Below the pieces are notes generated by a model. That model had not been told where the DNA came from and ran no database searches. It saw only the letters and a list, made by a program, of their open reading frames with translations. This document shows, one piece after another, positions 10,501-22,205 of a stretch of 56,453 bases of DNA. The DNA is from Chiloscyllium plagiosum (lineage: Eukaryota), in NCBI RefSeq assembly GCF_004010195.1, contig NC_057718.1, positions 71,452,087 to 71,508,539 on the forward strand, read 5' to 3'. The stretch's first letter is position 1; each line of letters starts with the position of its first letter. The translations under genes were made by a program, and so were the position numbers.

Positions 10501-11890
10501 CAATGTTGACTAGGCCAATATCTCCAGCATCAAGGCACTGACCATCCTTGAGTGGCTACAATAGCACATAATCCACAAGACCGATACAAAACCCCACCCT
10601 CCCCCTCCACACCAAAGTAGGTGCTCTACTCCTAGTTTCAAAACAGTAAGTGAGCCCCAGCTGAACAGAGGAAGAGCTTCAGTGATACCCTCAAGGCCTC
10701 ACTGGTGAAGTGCTGCATTCCCACAGATACTTTGGAATCACTGGCCCAAGACTGTCCAAAGTGCAGGAGGAGCATCTGGGAAAGTAGGTAAATTTGAAAG
10801 TTGGTGAGCACTTTAGCGATATGTTATGTTATGTTTACAATAGCAATGGGCAGAGATAGGTATGTACTGGGGGAAAGGAAATTATGATGAGATTAGGCAA
10901 GTTTTAGGATGCATAGGATGGACACACGTGAAATATGGAGCTTATTCAAGGAACAGCTGCTGTGGGTCCTTGCTAAGTATGTACCGATCAGGCAGGTAGG
11001 TAGTTATCGAGAGAGGGAGCCATGGTTTACTAAAGAAGTTGAAGATCTTGTCAAGAGAAAGGAGGCGGCTTATGTGAGGATGAGGTGTGAAGGCTTAGTT
11101 AGGGGCTTGAGTGTTATAAGTTAGCCAAAAAAGGTCTAAAGAGACGGCTAAGAAGAGCCAGGAGGGGACATGAGACGTTTTTGGCAGATAGGTTCAAGGA
11201 AAACCCGAAGGCCTTCTATAGGTATATCAGAAATAAAAGAATGACTAGAGTAAGATTAGGGTCAAAGACAGTAAAGGGAAGTTGTGTGTGGAATCTGAGG
11301 ACATGGGGAAGCGCTTCATGAATACTTTTCAATCAGTATTCACATTGGAAAAGGGCAATGTTAGTGAGAATATGGAGATACAGGCTACTAGATTAAATGG
11401 GATTGTGGTTGACAAAGAGGAGGCTTTAGCAATTTTGGAAGATTTGAAAATAGATAGGACAGATATCAGGGTTAGTTTCTTTACTCAGAGTCATAGGGGC
11501 ATGGAACGGCCTAGTTGCAACTGAAATAGACTCGCTGACGTTAAGGCTATTTAAGTAGGCATCAGACACACATATGGATAATAATGCAATGGTGTAGATT
11601 AGATGGGCATCAGATTAATTTCACATGTTAGTGCAACATAGAAGGCTGAAGGGCCTATAATGCACTGTAACATTCTATGTTCACCTCAAAACCTACCATT
11701 GGGAAAAGCTGGAAGCCAAGCAACAACAGCGAAAGGAGCACAGAGCCACCATGAAGCCTCACCCACTGCATCCTGTGACCATCTTCTGCCCCAGGTGAAA
11801 CAGAACCTGTAGTAGCCGCATAGGAGTTTGAACATAGGATGCACCCTCAGAGTGGAAGATAGTCATCCTTGTCCGTGAGAGACCGCCAAT
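10500..11890 (+). mobile_element. RTE-clade LINE 3' fragment interrupted by a CR1 (10790-11682)
   Basis: Translates to QRKSFSDTLKASLVKCCIPTD..ESLAQD before the CR1 and CP.....C.SRIG after it, typical of the RTE C-terminus. Confidence 0.65.
10790..11682 (+). mobile_element. Internally deleted CR1 (second subfamily)
   Basis: Colinear with 28720-29435, then jumps at gatag (about 11453) to the 3' end. Tail tgtaacattctatgttc. Confidence 0.85.
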
Positions 11891-12067
11891 GAATTAAATG
11901 AACGTGATCATATGCGCATTAAGGCACAATGCCATTAGACTAGTCTTTCTAACCTTGGTCACCTCAGTTTTATTTTGCACTTCAGCCTCATTTGTTTCTT
12001 GCCTCGTTATTTCTGCTTCTGCCTTCTTTTTCTTTCTATCCTTTTTTCTCCTTCTCAGTCTCCATAT

Positions 12068-12228
12068 TCAGGTTAGGTGAATTGGCTATGCTAAATTGCC
12101 CGTAGTGTTAGGTGCAGGGGTAAATGTAGGGGAATGGGTTTGGGTGGATGTGCTTCGGCGGGTCGGTGTGGACTTGTTGGGCCGAAGGGTCTGTTTCCAC
12201 AATATAAGTAATCTAATCTAATCTAATT
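12068..12228 (+). mobile_element. 5'-truncated HE1 SINE
   Basis: caggttaggtgaattggc...ggacttgttgggccgaaggg...(aatct)n tail. Confidence 0.9.
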
Positions 12229-12648
12229 TAAACTAAAAATTCAGATTTCCACTACATTCCCCTGCCAATGTAGTTCAAATCTCGCTAGCAGTCTGGCAGG
12301 ATAAAGTTATGTGGTCTAACATTACTAATGACTTTGCTGTGTACATGTTTGTTGACCTAATGATTATTGTTCAAGCACCACTGCATCCCTTATAGTGCAT
12401 GTGCAAAGTTGTAAGTGGCCAGAACAACTTGAAGGGCACAAAGTATACTATCAGCAGCTGAACGATTATTCAGCGTCTGGCATCCTGTTAAGATTGCAGA
12501 GTGAACGGAACTGTGAGGTGTTGTAGAGTTGCAATCCGAGTGCGATGAGTTGTGCTGTATGATCATTTGGCAAAGAGCAAATGTTTATTTGGAGAGCTGC
12601 TGTGGCAGACTCCTCAGAGCTGGAACTTTTAGACAAATCAGGACAACA

Positions 12649-12796
12649 GGGTGGCACGATGGCTCAGTGGTTAGCACTGCTGCCTCACAGTGCCAAAGAC
12701 CAGAGTTCGATTCCAGCCTCGAGCAACTGTCTGTACATTCTCCCTGTGTCTGTGGGTTTCCTCCTACAGTCCAATGATGTGCAGGTTAGGTGAATT
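12649..12796 (+). mobile_element. HE1 SINE 5' half (continues at 17242)
   Basis: tRNA-like head through caggttaggtgaatt, then interrupted. Confidence 0.9.
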
Positions 12797-15700
12797 AGAG
12801 TCATAGAGAGGTACAGCACAGAAACAGTCCCTTTGGTCCAACTCGTCCATGCTGACCAGCTATCCCAACGCAATCTAGTCACACTTGCCAGCAGCTGGCC
12901 CATATCCCTCCAAATCCTTCTTAGACATATACCCATCCAAATGCCTTTTAAAAGTTGCAATTGTACTAGCTTCCACCACTTTCTCTGGCAGCTCATTCCA
13001 TACACGTACCATCCTCTGCGTGAAAGAGTTGCCCCTTAGATCCCTTTTATATCTTTCGCCTCTCAACCTAAACCTATGCCCTCTGGTTCTGGACTCCCCC
13101 AACCCAGAGAAGAGTCTTTGTCTATTTATCCTATCCATGCCCCTCATGATTTTATAAACCTCTATCAGGTCTCCAATGCTCCAGGGAAAACAGCCCTAGC
13201 GTATTCAACCTCTCCCTCCAAGCTCAAATCCTCCAAGCTCAAATCCTCCAAGCCTGGCAACATCCTTGTAAATCTTTTCCGAACCCTTTCAAATTTCACA
13301 ACACCTTTCTGATAGGAAGGAGACCAGAATTGCACGCAATATTCCAAAAGTGGCCTAACCAATGTCCTGTACAGTCGCAACATGACCTCCCAACTCCTGT
13401 ACTCAATACTCTGATCAATAAAGGAAATCCCCAAACGCCTTCTTCACTATCCTATCTACCTGCAACTTCACTTTCAAGGAGCTGTGAACCTGCACTCCAA
13501 GGTCTCTTTGTTCAGCAACACTTGCTAGGACCTTACCATTAAGTATAAGACCTGCTAAGATTTGCTTTCCCAAAATGCAGCACCTCACGTTTATCCAAAT
13601 TAAACTCCATCTGCCACTTCTCAGTCCATTGGCCCATCTGATCAAAATCCCATAGTAATCTGAGGTAACCCTCTTCACTGTCCACTACACCTCCAACTTT
13701 GGTGTCAGCAGCAAACTTACGACCTATACCTCTTATGCTTACATCCAAATCATTCATATAAATGATGAAAAGTAGTGGACTCAGCACTGATCCTTGTGAC
13801 ACTCCACTGGTCACAGGCCTCCAGTCTGAAAAGCAACCCTCCACTACCACCCTCTGTCTTTTACCTTTGAGCCAGTTCTGTATCCAAATGGCAAGTTCTC
13901 CCTGTATTCCATGAAATCTAAACTTACTCACCAGTCTCCCATGGGGAACTTTGTCGAACGCCTTACTCAAGTCCATATAGATCACATCTACCACTATTGC
14001 GTCATCAATCTTCTTTGTTACTTCTTCAAAAAACTCAAACAAGTTTATGAGATAGGATTTCCTACGCACAAAGCCATGTTGAGTATCCCTGATCAGTCCT
14101 TGCCTTTCCAAATATATGTACATCCTGTCCCACAGGATTCTCTCCAACAATCTGCCCATCACCGAGGTCAGGCTCCATGGTCTATAGCTCCCTGGCTTGT
14201 CCTTACCACCTTTCTTTAACAATGGCACCACATTAGCCAACCTCCAGTCTTCCAGCACCTCACCTGTGACTATCGATGATACAAATACCTCAGCAAGAGG
14301 CCCGGCGATCACTTCCCAACTTCCCACAGAGTTCTCGGGTACACCTGATCAGGTCCTGAGGATTTATCCACTTTTATGCATTTCAAGACGTCCAGAACTT
14401 CCTCCTTTTTAATATGGACACTTTTCAAGATGTCACCATCTATTTCGCGACTCTATCTTCCATGTCCTTTTCCAACAGTAAATACTGTGGCAAAATACTC
14501 GTTCAGTATCTGCCCCATCTTTGAAGGGCCCTATTCTCTCCCTAATTACAATTTTGTCCCTAATGTATTTGTAAAAACCCTTTGAAATCTCCTTTACTCT
14601 ATTTGACAAAACCATTTCATGTCCCCTTTTTGCCGTCCTGATTTCCCTCCTAAGTATACTCCTACTGTCTTTATACTCTAAGGATTCACTTGATCTATCC
14701 TGTCTATACCTGACATGTGCTTCCTTCTTTTTCTTAACCAAACCCTCAAATTCTTTAGTCATCCAGCATTCCCTATATCTACCAGCCTTTCCTTTCACCC
14801 TAAAGGAATATACAGTTCCCTGGACTATCGTTATCTCATTTCTGAAGGCTTCCCATTTTCCAGTTGTCCCTTTACTTGCAAACATCTGCGCCCAATCAGC
14901 TTTTGAACGTTCTTGCCTAATACCATCAAAATTGGCCTTTCTCCAATTTAGAACTTTAACTTTTAGATCTGGACTATACTTTTCCATCACTATTTCAAAC
15001 TAATAGAATTGTGATCGCTGTCCCCAAAGTGCTTTCCCATTGACACCTCTGTCACCTGCCCTGCCTTATTTCCCAAGAGTAGGTCAAGTTTTGCACCTTC
15101 TCTAGTAGGTACATCCACATACTGAATCAGAAAATTGTCTTATATACACTTAAATTCCTCTCAGTCTAAGCCCTTAACACCATGGCAGTCCCACTCTATA
15201 TTTGGAAAGTTAAAATTCCCTACCATAACTACCCTATTATTCTTACAGATAACGGAGATCTCCTTACAAATTTGTTTCTCAATTTCCCTCTGACTATTAG
15301 GGGGTCTATAATACAATCCCAAAAAGGTGATCATCCCTTTCTTATTCCCCAGTTCCACCCAAATAACTTCCCTGGATGTATTTCCGGGAATATCCTCCCT
15401 CAGTACTCAGTAATGCTATCCCTTATCAAAAATGCCACTCCCCCTCCTTTCTTGTCTCCCTTTGTCCTTCCTTAGCATTTGTATCCTGGAACATTAAGCT
15501 GCCAGTCCTGCCCATCCCTGAGCCATGTCTCTGTAATTGCTATGATATCCCAGTCCCATCTTCCTAACCATGCCAAGAGTTCATCTGCCTTCCCCGTTAG
15601 GCCTCTTGCATTGAAATACACTGTAAATGCAGTTTAATTTATCCGTCCTACCTTGTTCTCTGCTTTGTCCCTGCCTGTCCTGTTTGACTCACCTTTGTTT

Positions 15701-17238
15701 TCAACTGTATCAGATTGAAATCTTTCCTCCCTATCTCTCTGGGTTCCACCACCCCTCTCCCCTCCCCCCTCACCTTAATAGTTTAAATCCTCCTGAGCAA
15801 CTCCAACAAATCTCCCTGCCAGCATATTTGTCTCCTTCCAATTTAGGTGCAATCTGTCCTTCTTGTACAGGTCACTTCTACCCCAAAACATTTCCAATGA
15901 TCCAAAAATGTGAATCCTTCTCCTGTACACCAGCTCCTCAGTCATGCATTCATTGGCTCTATCCTTCTATTCCTGCCCTCACTAGCTCGTAGCACCGGGA
16001 GTACCTCCTTTTAAAATTCCTGCCTAACTCTGTCATCTCCCTTCATATGTACTTGGTTCCAATGTTTACAATGACCTCCTGCTGCCTCCTCTCCCCCTCG
16101 AGAACATTCTGCATCCTTGATCCTGACACCAGGGAAGCAACACACCATTCTGATCTTTTGCTGCTGGCCACAGAAACGTCTGTCTGTACCTCGAACTAGA
16201 GAGTGCCCTAATACAATTGATCGCTTGGAACCAGACATACCTCTCATTGCATGAAACCAGAAACTCAATACCAGAAACTTGGCTGGTTGTGCTACGTTCC
16301 CCTGAGAATCCATCACCGCCCTACATTTTCCAAAACAGCATACTTATTTGAAATGGGAATAGCCACACAATGCTCCTGCAATAGCTGCCTACCTCTTACC
16401 TTTTCTGAAGTTAACCCATCTATGTGACTGTATCTGAGACTTTTCTCCCTTCCTATAACTGCCATCCATCACATCCCCTTGCTCTTGTAAATTCCTCACT
16501 GCCTCTTCAACCGACTCATTTGATCTGATGGGATTCGCAACCAATGGCATTTATTGCAGATATCACCCTCAGTAACCCATAAATTCTCCCGAAATTCCCA
16601 CATCCGACAAGAGGAGATATCACTCTACAAAGGGCCATTTTTGCTTCTTTCAAGCTACAGACCCAGAAAATAGCACTGTCTTATTCCTCTACAAAAACAC
16701 TGCTCCAGGTTAAATTAATACTTATGTTTTAAGTTTAATCAAGAGACATAGCTCAATAAAACATATAATCAAGAAAGAACTCACTGCTGCAGACTTATTT
16801 TAAGGCCATGCTTAAAATCCACTTATCTGCTTCTGTGCTGTGACCTCTCCCAGACAGGTTCCTCCAAAATCAGTTGTGAATTTCATTGTCTTTTCATTTT
16901 CCTAGGCGCACTCCAATGTCCAGCGATACATGAATTCAACAGCAAAGGCAGTAACTGCTAACTCTGTCAGTTAGCAATGTGGGTTTCTTCCTCTTTCTCC
17001 CTCCTACTCTGACCTCACTATGTGCTGCCTTAGTCTGTTTTCTCAGTTTTAAAAGTGCTGTTGTTTTGATTTCCTTTTTTCTCCAAAGTTCCAAAACAAC
17101 GCAACAGCATATAAAACAGTAATTGCTGCTCCTGGAATTCGAGGAAATCACCTCCAACACCTAAAATCCCTAAAAAAAAAATGGAGCAGCTCTTACAGCC
17201 AGAAATCTTTCCCGTCCTCAATTTTGGATTACCCAGAA
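12797..17238 (-). mobile_element. Apparently full-length CR1 LINE (about 4.4 kb; 5'UTR, ORF1 with SGNH esterase, ORF2 EN-RT), decayed
   Basis: 5' end TTCTGGGTAATC is shared with the copy at 55416. ORF1 has SIVLGHSLVRG...CCFPG; the endonuclease has YRPP and GNFNFPNI; RT ORF 13539-14327; 3' tail present. Confidence 0.92.
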
Positions 17239-17241
17239 TCC

Positions 17242-17403
17242 TTGGCCATGCGAAACTGCCCATAATGTTCAGGGATGTGTAGGTTAGATGCATAGTCAGG
17301 GGTAAATATAGGGTAGGGGAATGGGTTTGGGTGGGATACTCAGAGGGTGCGTGTGGACTTGTTGGGTCGAAGGGACCGTTTCCGCATTGTAAGGATTCTA
17401 AAT
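17242..17403 (+). mobile_element. HE1 SINE 3' half
   Basis: Resumes at ttggccatg exactly where the 5' half stopped. Confidence 0.85.
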
Positions 17404-17854
17404 CAAAAAAAAAAGCAATTAAGAAACATTCAAAAGTTTCTTCATACTGGGTCAGCATTGAAAAATCATCTATTAGCCCACAATGAAATCTACAATGACA
17501 GTGAGTACTTGTTGGTCAAGTTCATAGAACTGCCCCAGCATTTCTGATGATAGCAACCTCATTGCCGTACAACACCCAAAACCACTTCCACTCTTAGAAC
17601 AGAAGACAGTAGGAATGTTTGGCTTCTTAGTGGTGCCAAAATGGGAAAGAAACACTACTGTGCTTGGCACTGTTCCTGATGATTTTGCTTCCATGTTGGC
17701 ATGGAGCACTCTGGCTCATGTCCAATTCAATGCCATGAAGATAATGTGGAACTTCCTTTCTGACAGTCAGCCAACATTTGTTGCTGGGATGGAACTTGTT
17801 TAGATAGGGTTTAAAATCAATACAAAAAATCGTAAGTCTGGATGTTTTCAAATA

Positions 17855-17860
17855 TTTAAT
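17855..17860 (-). terminator. Candidate SOD2 polyadenylation signal (ATTAAA)
   Basis: About 75 nt after the stop codon, followed by a U/GU-rich tract on the minus strand. Confidence 0.4.
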
Positions 17861-17933
17861 GATTTAAACATGGAGCAGAAAGCTGAAAACTGTTTAACAA
17901 ACTTGATTTGATAAACATTTTTTAAAATACTAC

Positions 17934-18079
17934 TCATTTCATGGCAGCTTTCAGTCTCTCTCCTACATTCTCCCAGTTGATAACATTCCAGATGGCTTTT
18001 AGATAGTCACCCCGTACATTCTTGTATTGCAGATAGTACGCATGCTCCCACACATCAATTCCAAGAAGGGGAATTAGAC
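17934..18079 (-). CDS. SOD2: SOD2 exon 5 (last coding exon)
   Basis: ttcag|GT CTA ATT...: (G)[47 protein letters not shown]. Contains the DVWEHAYY signature; 146 coding bp, phase 1. Confidence 0.97.
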
Positions 18080-18605
18080 CTGAAACACGTGAAAGGACAG
18101 CTTCAGTCAATCTATTCAAAAAACTTCGCATTAGCAGATTTTCAATAATTTCAGATGCAAATCCTTTACAGAAACAAATGTCATTGCATACGTATTTGTA
18201 AATATATGAGAAACAGGATTTGAAAAGCTAACTCCCAATGAAGAGGCACACTGGACCAAAAAGCCACTGCGTGTGGCGTCCTTTTCATCAGCATGGTAAA
18301 TTATAGGCTGTTATTTCTATCACGAGGCACAGAAATACCAGGCATCATTCAAAGGAAAATATAACAGATAAATAATAAATGCCAGTAATAAAAGACTGTT
18401 ATGGGTCAGGACTTTTATCAGGAAGACAATATTATTAATACAATATAAATGAAAGAGTGGGAGCTTATGAAATATGATATAATGACAAAGATCCCTTGAG
18501 TATGCTTTTTTGATAATTTGATTACTAACACAGCTGTAATGTCCCAATCCAAAAGTTTTAAATACTTCTGAATCCTATCCAGAGAGAGAGAGACGGAGAG
18601 AGAGG

Positions 18606-19105
18606 NNNNNNNNNNNNNNNNNNNNNNNNNNNNNNNNNNNNNNNNNNNNNNNNNNNNNNNNNNNNNNNNNNNNNNNNNNNNNNNNNNNNNNNNNNNNNNN
18701 NNNNNNNNNNNNNNNNNNNNNNNNNNNNNNNNNNNNNNNNNNNNNNNNNNNNNNNNNNNNNNNNNNNNNNNNNNNNNNNNNNNNNNNNNNNNNNNNNNNN
18801 NNNNNNNNNNNNNNNNNNNNNNNNNNNNNNNNNNNNNNNNNNNNNNNNNNNNNNNNNNNNNNNNNNNNNNNNNNNNNNNNNNNNNNNNNNNNNNNNNNNN
18901 NNNNNNNNNNNNNNNNNNNNNNNNNNNNNNNNNNNNNNNNNNNNNNNNNNNNNNNNNNNNNNNNNNNNNNNNNNNNNNNNNNNNNNNNNNNNNNNNNNNN
19001 NNNNNNNNNNNNNNNNNNNNNNNNNNNNNNNNNNNNNNNNNNNNNNNNNNNNNNNNNNNNNNNNNNNNNNNNNNNNNNNNNNNNNNNNNNNNNNNNNNNN
19101 NNNNN
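18606..19105. other. Assembly gap (500 N), preceded by a GA-rich repeat
   Basis: Run of N. Confidence 1.
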
Positions 19106-20599
19106 AAAACCCTCTATCTCCATCTTGAAAGGGAGATCCCTTGCACTTGGGTAAGACAGGTAACCTGGGTGGTGAAATACATGATAGGATTTGTTCTCAT
19201 TTCTCAGTTTCCACAGATGTCTGGATTGTCCAAGACACACTGAAGCAATGTCCTAGGGGTATCTCTGCACAAAATGAATTGGAGTGAGCGAGCTGTCGCA
19301 ACCAGTGTTAAATCAGTTGCCCACATATGCTATAAAGGGCTCCTTTATATTCACAAAGACAATAGAAGACCTATGTATCAAGACTAATGCCATGTTAATG
19401 TGTCGTCTCAACATTGCTGGCTTGTCACCACTTACCACTTGAGGAAGCCATTGACGTTTGATTTATGTCAAAAGCAATCCAGAAGCCATCATATCTCATC
19501 TGTTTTTAATGAATTCATGAACTTAGCAACTCGTGCAGTTGAGTTCAATCCCAACGACCCATAAAGGGGTCAAGTAGAAAGTGCTGCTACGGGGTCTCCT
19601 TGAGATCCAGCTTTTGCTTACATCTTCATTAGTTTCAGTGAGAAAATGCATCTCTAACGGAATGACCACTAACCTTCCAGCCCTTGTCTTTATCTCACAT
19701 ATGTTAAAATATTGCTTATTGGAAACTAATGAGACTCACTTTGCCACCTCTGGGAATGCCCACCAGTTTATATGCGACTCAGGCACTGAAGGGTCACAAG
19801 TGTGCCTCTCTCAGGGCCAAGGAACCGGGGAGCAGAAATGTTGCCTACCAAGAAGTCACAGACCAATTGTTCATTCGAATGGACTGCTGCCAACTATATG
19901 TGACCCAAGATTGTGAAGCAGGGCAGGGCAGGGCAGGCCATCGTGGAAAGGGCTTTTCCAGGTAAGGATCACAGTGAGAAAACTGGAAGGGTCAACTGCA
20001 AGGGTAGAGAGATGCTGTCAATGACTATGCCATTCCTGTTGTTGTCTCTCTTAATTAGGCATGGAGCACCATCAAATGACCCTGCCCAGACTCCCAGGTC
20101 ACCACAAGGCAACCTCACACATTTACCTGCCATGCACACCATACATTAACAGGTTAACCTGCCACTGGGTTGACATCTGTGAATGTGGAATTAATAAATC
20201 AATTCATTCATTCTCCAGTTACCTGGTACGAAGTTGACCACAGGCCATCTAAACCGGACTTCATTCTGTTGAAGGTAGGATTCTGGGATGCCACATCCTA
20301 CCTCATTAAATGCCCATCATTTTCTGGCACTTGCGTTGTACAACTTATTTCCAATTTATCAGCCCAAAATTGGATGTTGTTCAAGTCTTGCTGCTTCAGT
20401 ATCCGAGTCAATGTTACCGATTGTTGCGCAATCAACAAATACTCCTCCTTCTGATGTCACAATAGAGGGAAGGTGAAGCAGCTGAACATAATTATCCAGA
20501 AACAATAATTGGCCTTCAGTGAGCACAAATCAGCTTTTGCGCTAGGTAGGAGTACAACCAGTGGCAGATTTTCCCCAATTTCAACTGATTCCCTGACTG

Positions 20600-21780
20600 C
20601 TAGAAACTATACAAACATCGGAAAGAGGTAGACTGCCATTCAAGCCTATTCCATCATTATGATCATAGCTAATTATCCAATTCAATAGCACGTTCTTGCT
20701 TTTCAGCCATCTTCTTTAATGCCTTTGACTTCAAGTACTATAATGAACACCTTCTTGAAATCATACAATGTTTTCACCTTAAATGCTTTCTGTGATAGCA
20801 AATTCCAAAGGCTCACCACTCTTTGGGTGATTAAATTCTAACTTATCTCAGTCCTGAACGAAAACCGAAAGATGCTATAAATCAAACAAAGAAGTTGCTG
20901 GAAAAGCTCAGCATTTGTAATGAGAAATCAGAGTTAATGTTTTGGGTCCACTGATTTCTCTTCACAGATCCTGCATAACTTGCTGGGCTTTTCCAGCAAC
21001 TTCTATTTTTGGTTAAGTCCTGAATGATTTCCCCACATCCTTAAGCTGTGACCCCTGGGTCTGGATTCACCGGTCTTCAAGAATATCTTTTCTGCATCTA
21101 GTCCTGTTAGAATTTTATAGGTTTCTGAGATCCCTTTCATTCTTCTGAATGCCAGTGAATATGATCCTAATTAACTCAATCCCAAGCATCAGTCTGGTAA
21201 ACCTTTGCTTTACTCTGTCTATAGCAAGAACATCCTTCTTCAGATAAGGAGGGCAAAGCTGCACACAATATTCTAGGTGTGGTCTCACGAAGAACCTGCA
21301 TAAGGGCAGCAAGACATCTCTGCTCCTGTACTCAAATTCTAACTATGAAGGCCAACATCCCTTTGGGTGCATCACTGTCTGCAACTACATGCTTTAGTGA
21401 CTGATGTAGAAGGACACCCAGCTATCATTGCATATCCCTTCTCTCAGCTTGGAGCCTGTTTTTGCTCCCAAAGTAGATATCCTTGTATTTATTCACATTA
21501 TACTGCATTTGCCACACATTTACCCAATCACTCAAGTTTGTCCAAATCAAACTGGAGCACTTCTGCAACCTCTAACAGCTCACCCTGCCATCCAACTTTG
21601 TCTCATTTGCAAATTTAGGGGTATTACCATTTAGTTTCCTTATTTAATCATATGTTTATATTGTGAATAACTGGGGTCCTAACACCCCTTTAATCACTGA
21701 CTGTAATTAGGAAAAAGGTACAATAATCCTTCTGATTCCTGTCTGCCAACCAGTTTTCTAAACATCGCAATAAATCTTGA
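20600..21780 (-). mobile_element. Old CR1/L2-type LINE 3' fragment
   Basis: ORF 21115-21312 VRPHLEYCVQL..PYLKKDVLAIDRVKQRFTRL. Confidence 0.85.
20861..21015. mobile_element. Small Penelope pLTR-derived fold-back element
   Basis: Inverted arms gaagttgctggaaaagc / gcttttccagcaacttc. TSD agtcctgaacg (20850-20860) / agtcctgaatg (21016-21026). Confidence 0.7.
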
Positions 21781-21782
21781 AT

Positions 21783-22084
21783 CGGTGGCTCAGTGGTTAG
21801 CACTGCTGCCTCACAGCACCAGAGTCCCAGGCTCGATTCCAGGACTGGGTGACTGTCTGTGTGGAGTTTGCACATTCTCCCCGTATCCGCATGGGTTTCC
21901 TCCGGGTGCTCCAGTTTCCTCTCACAGTCCAAAGATGTGCAGGTCAGGTGAATTGGTCATGCTAGATTGTCCATAGTGTTAGATCAGTGGGAAATGGGTA
22001 TGGGTGGGTTACTCTTCGGACGGTCGGTGTGGACTTGTTGGGCCGAAGGGCATGTTTCCAAACTGTAGGGAATCTAATCTAATC
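21783..22084 (+). mobile_element. HE1-type V-SINE
   Basis: A/B-box head, V-domain and (aatct)n tail. Confidence 0.93.
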
Positions 22085-22205
22085 CCACGCACTTTAGTTT
22101 CACATACTAACCTCAGAAGGATTTTGACAAATCCATAAGAAAGTCCAAATAAACCACATCGATTTGATGAGTAAGATTCTCGAAGAATTCGAGTAGATGT
22201 GTCAA

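Noticed and set aside
18080..18131. N-terminal extension [17 protein letters not shown] of the exon 5 ORF
   Set aside because: Intron sequence upstream of the AG acceptor.
18575..19240. 221-aa ORF
   Set aside because: Artefact of reading through the N gap.
21783..21850. tRNA-like A/B boxes (also at 7454, 12649 and about 35830-35902)
   Set aside because: SINE heads continuing into the V-domain, not tRNA genes.
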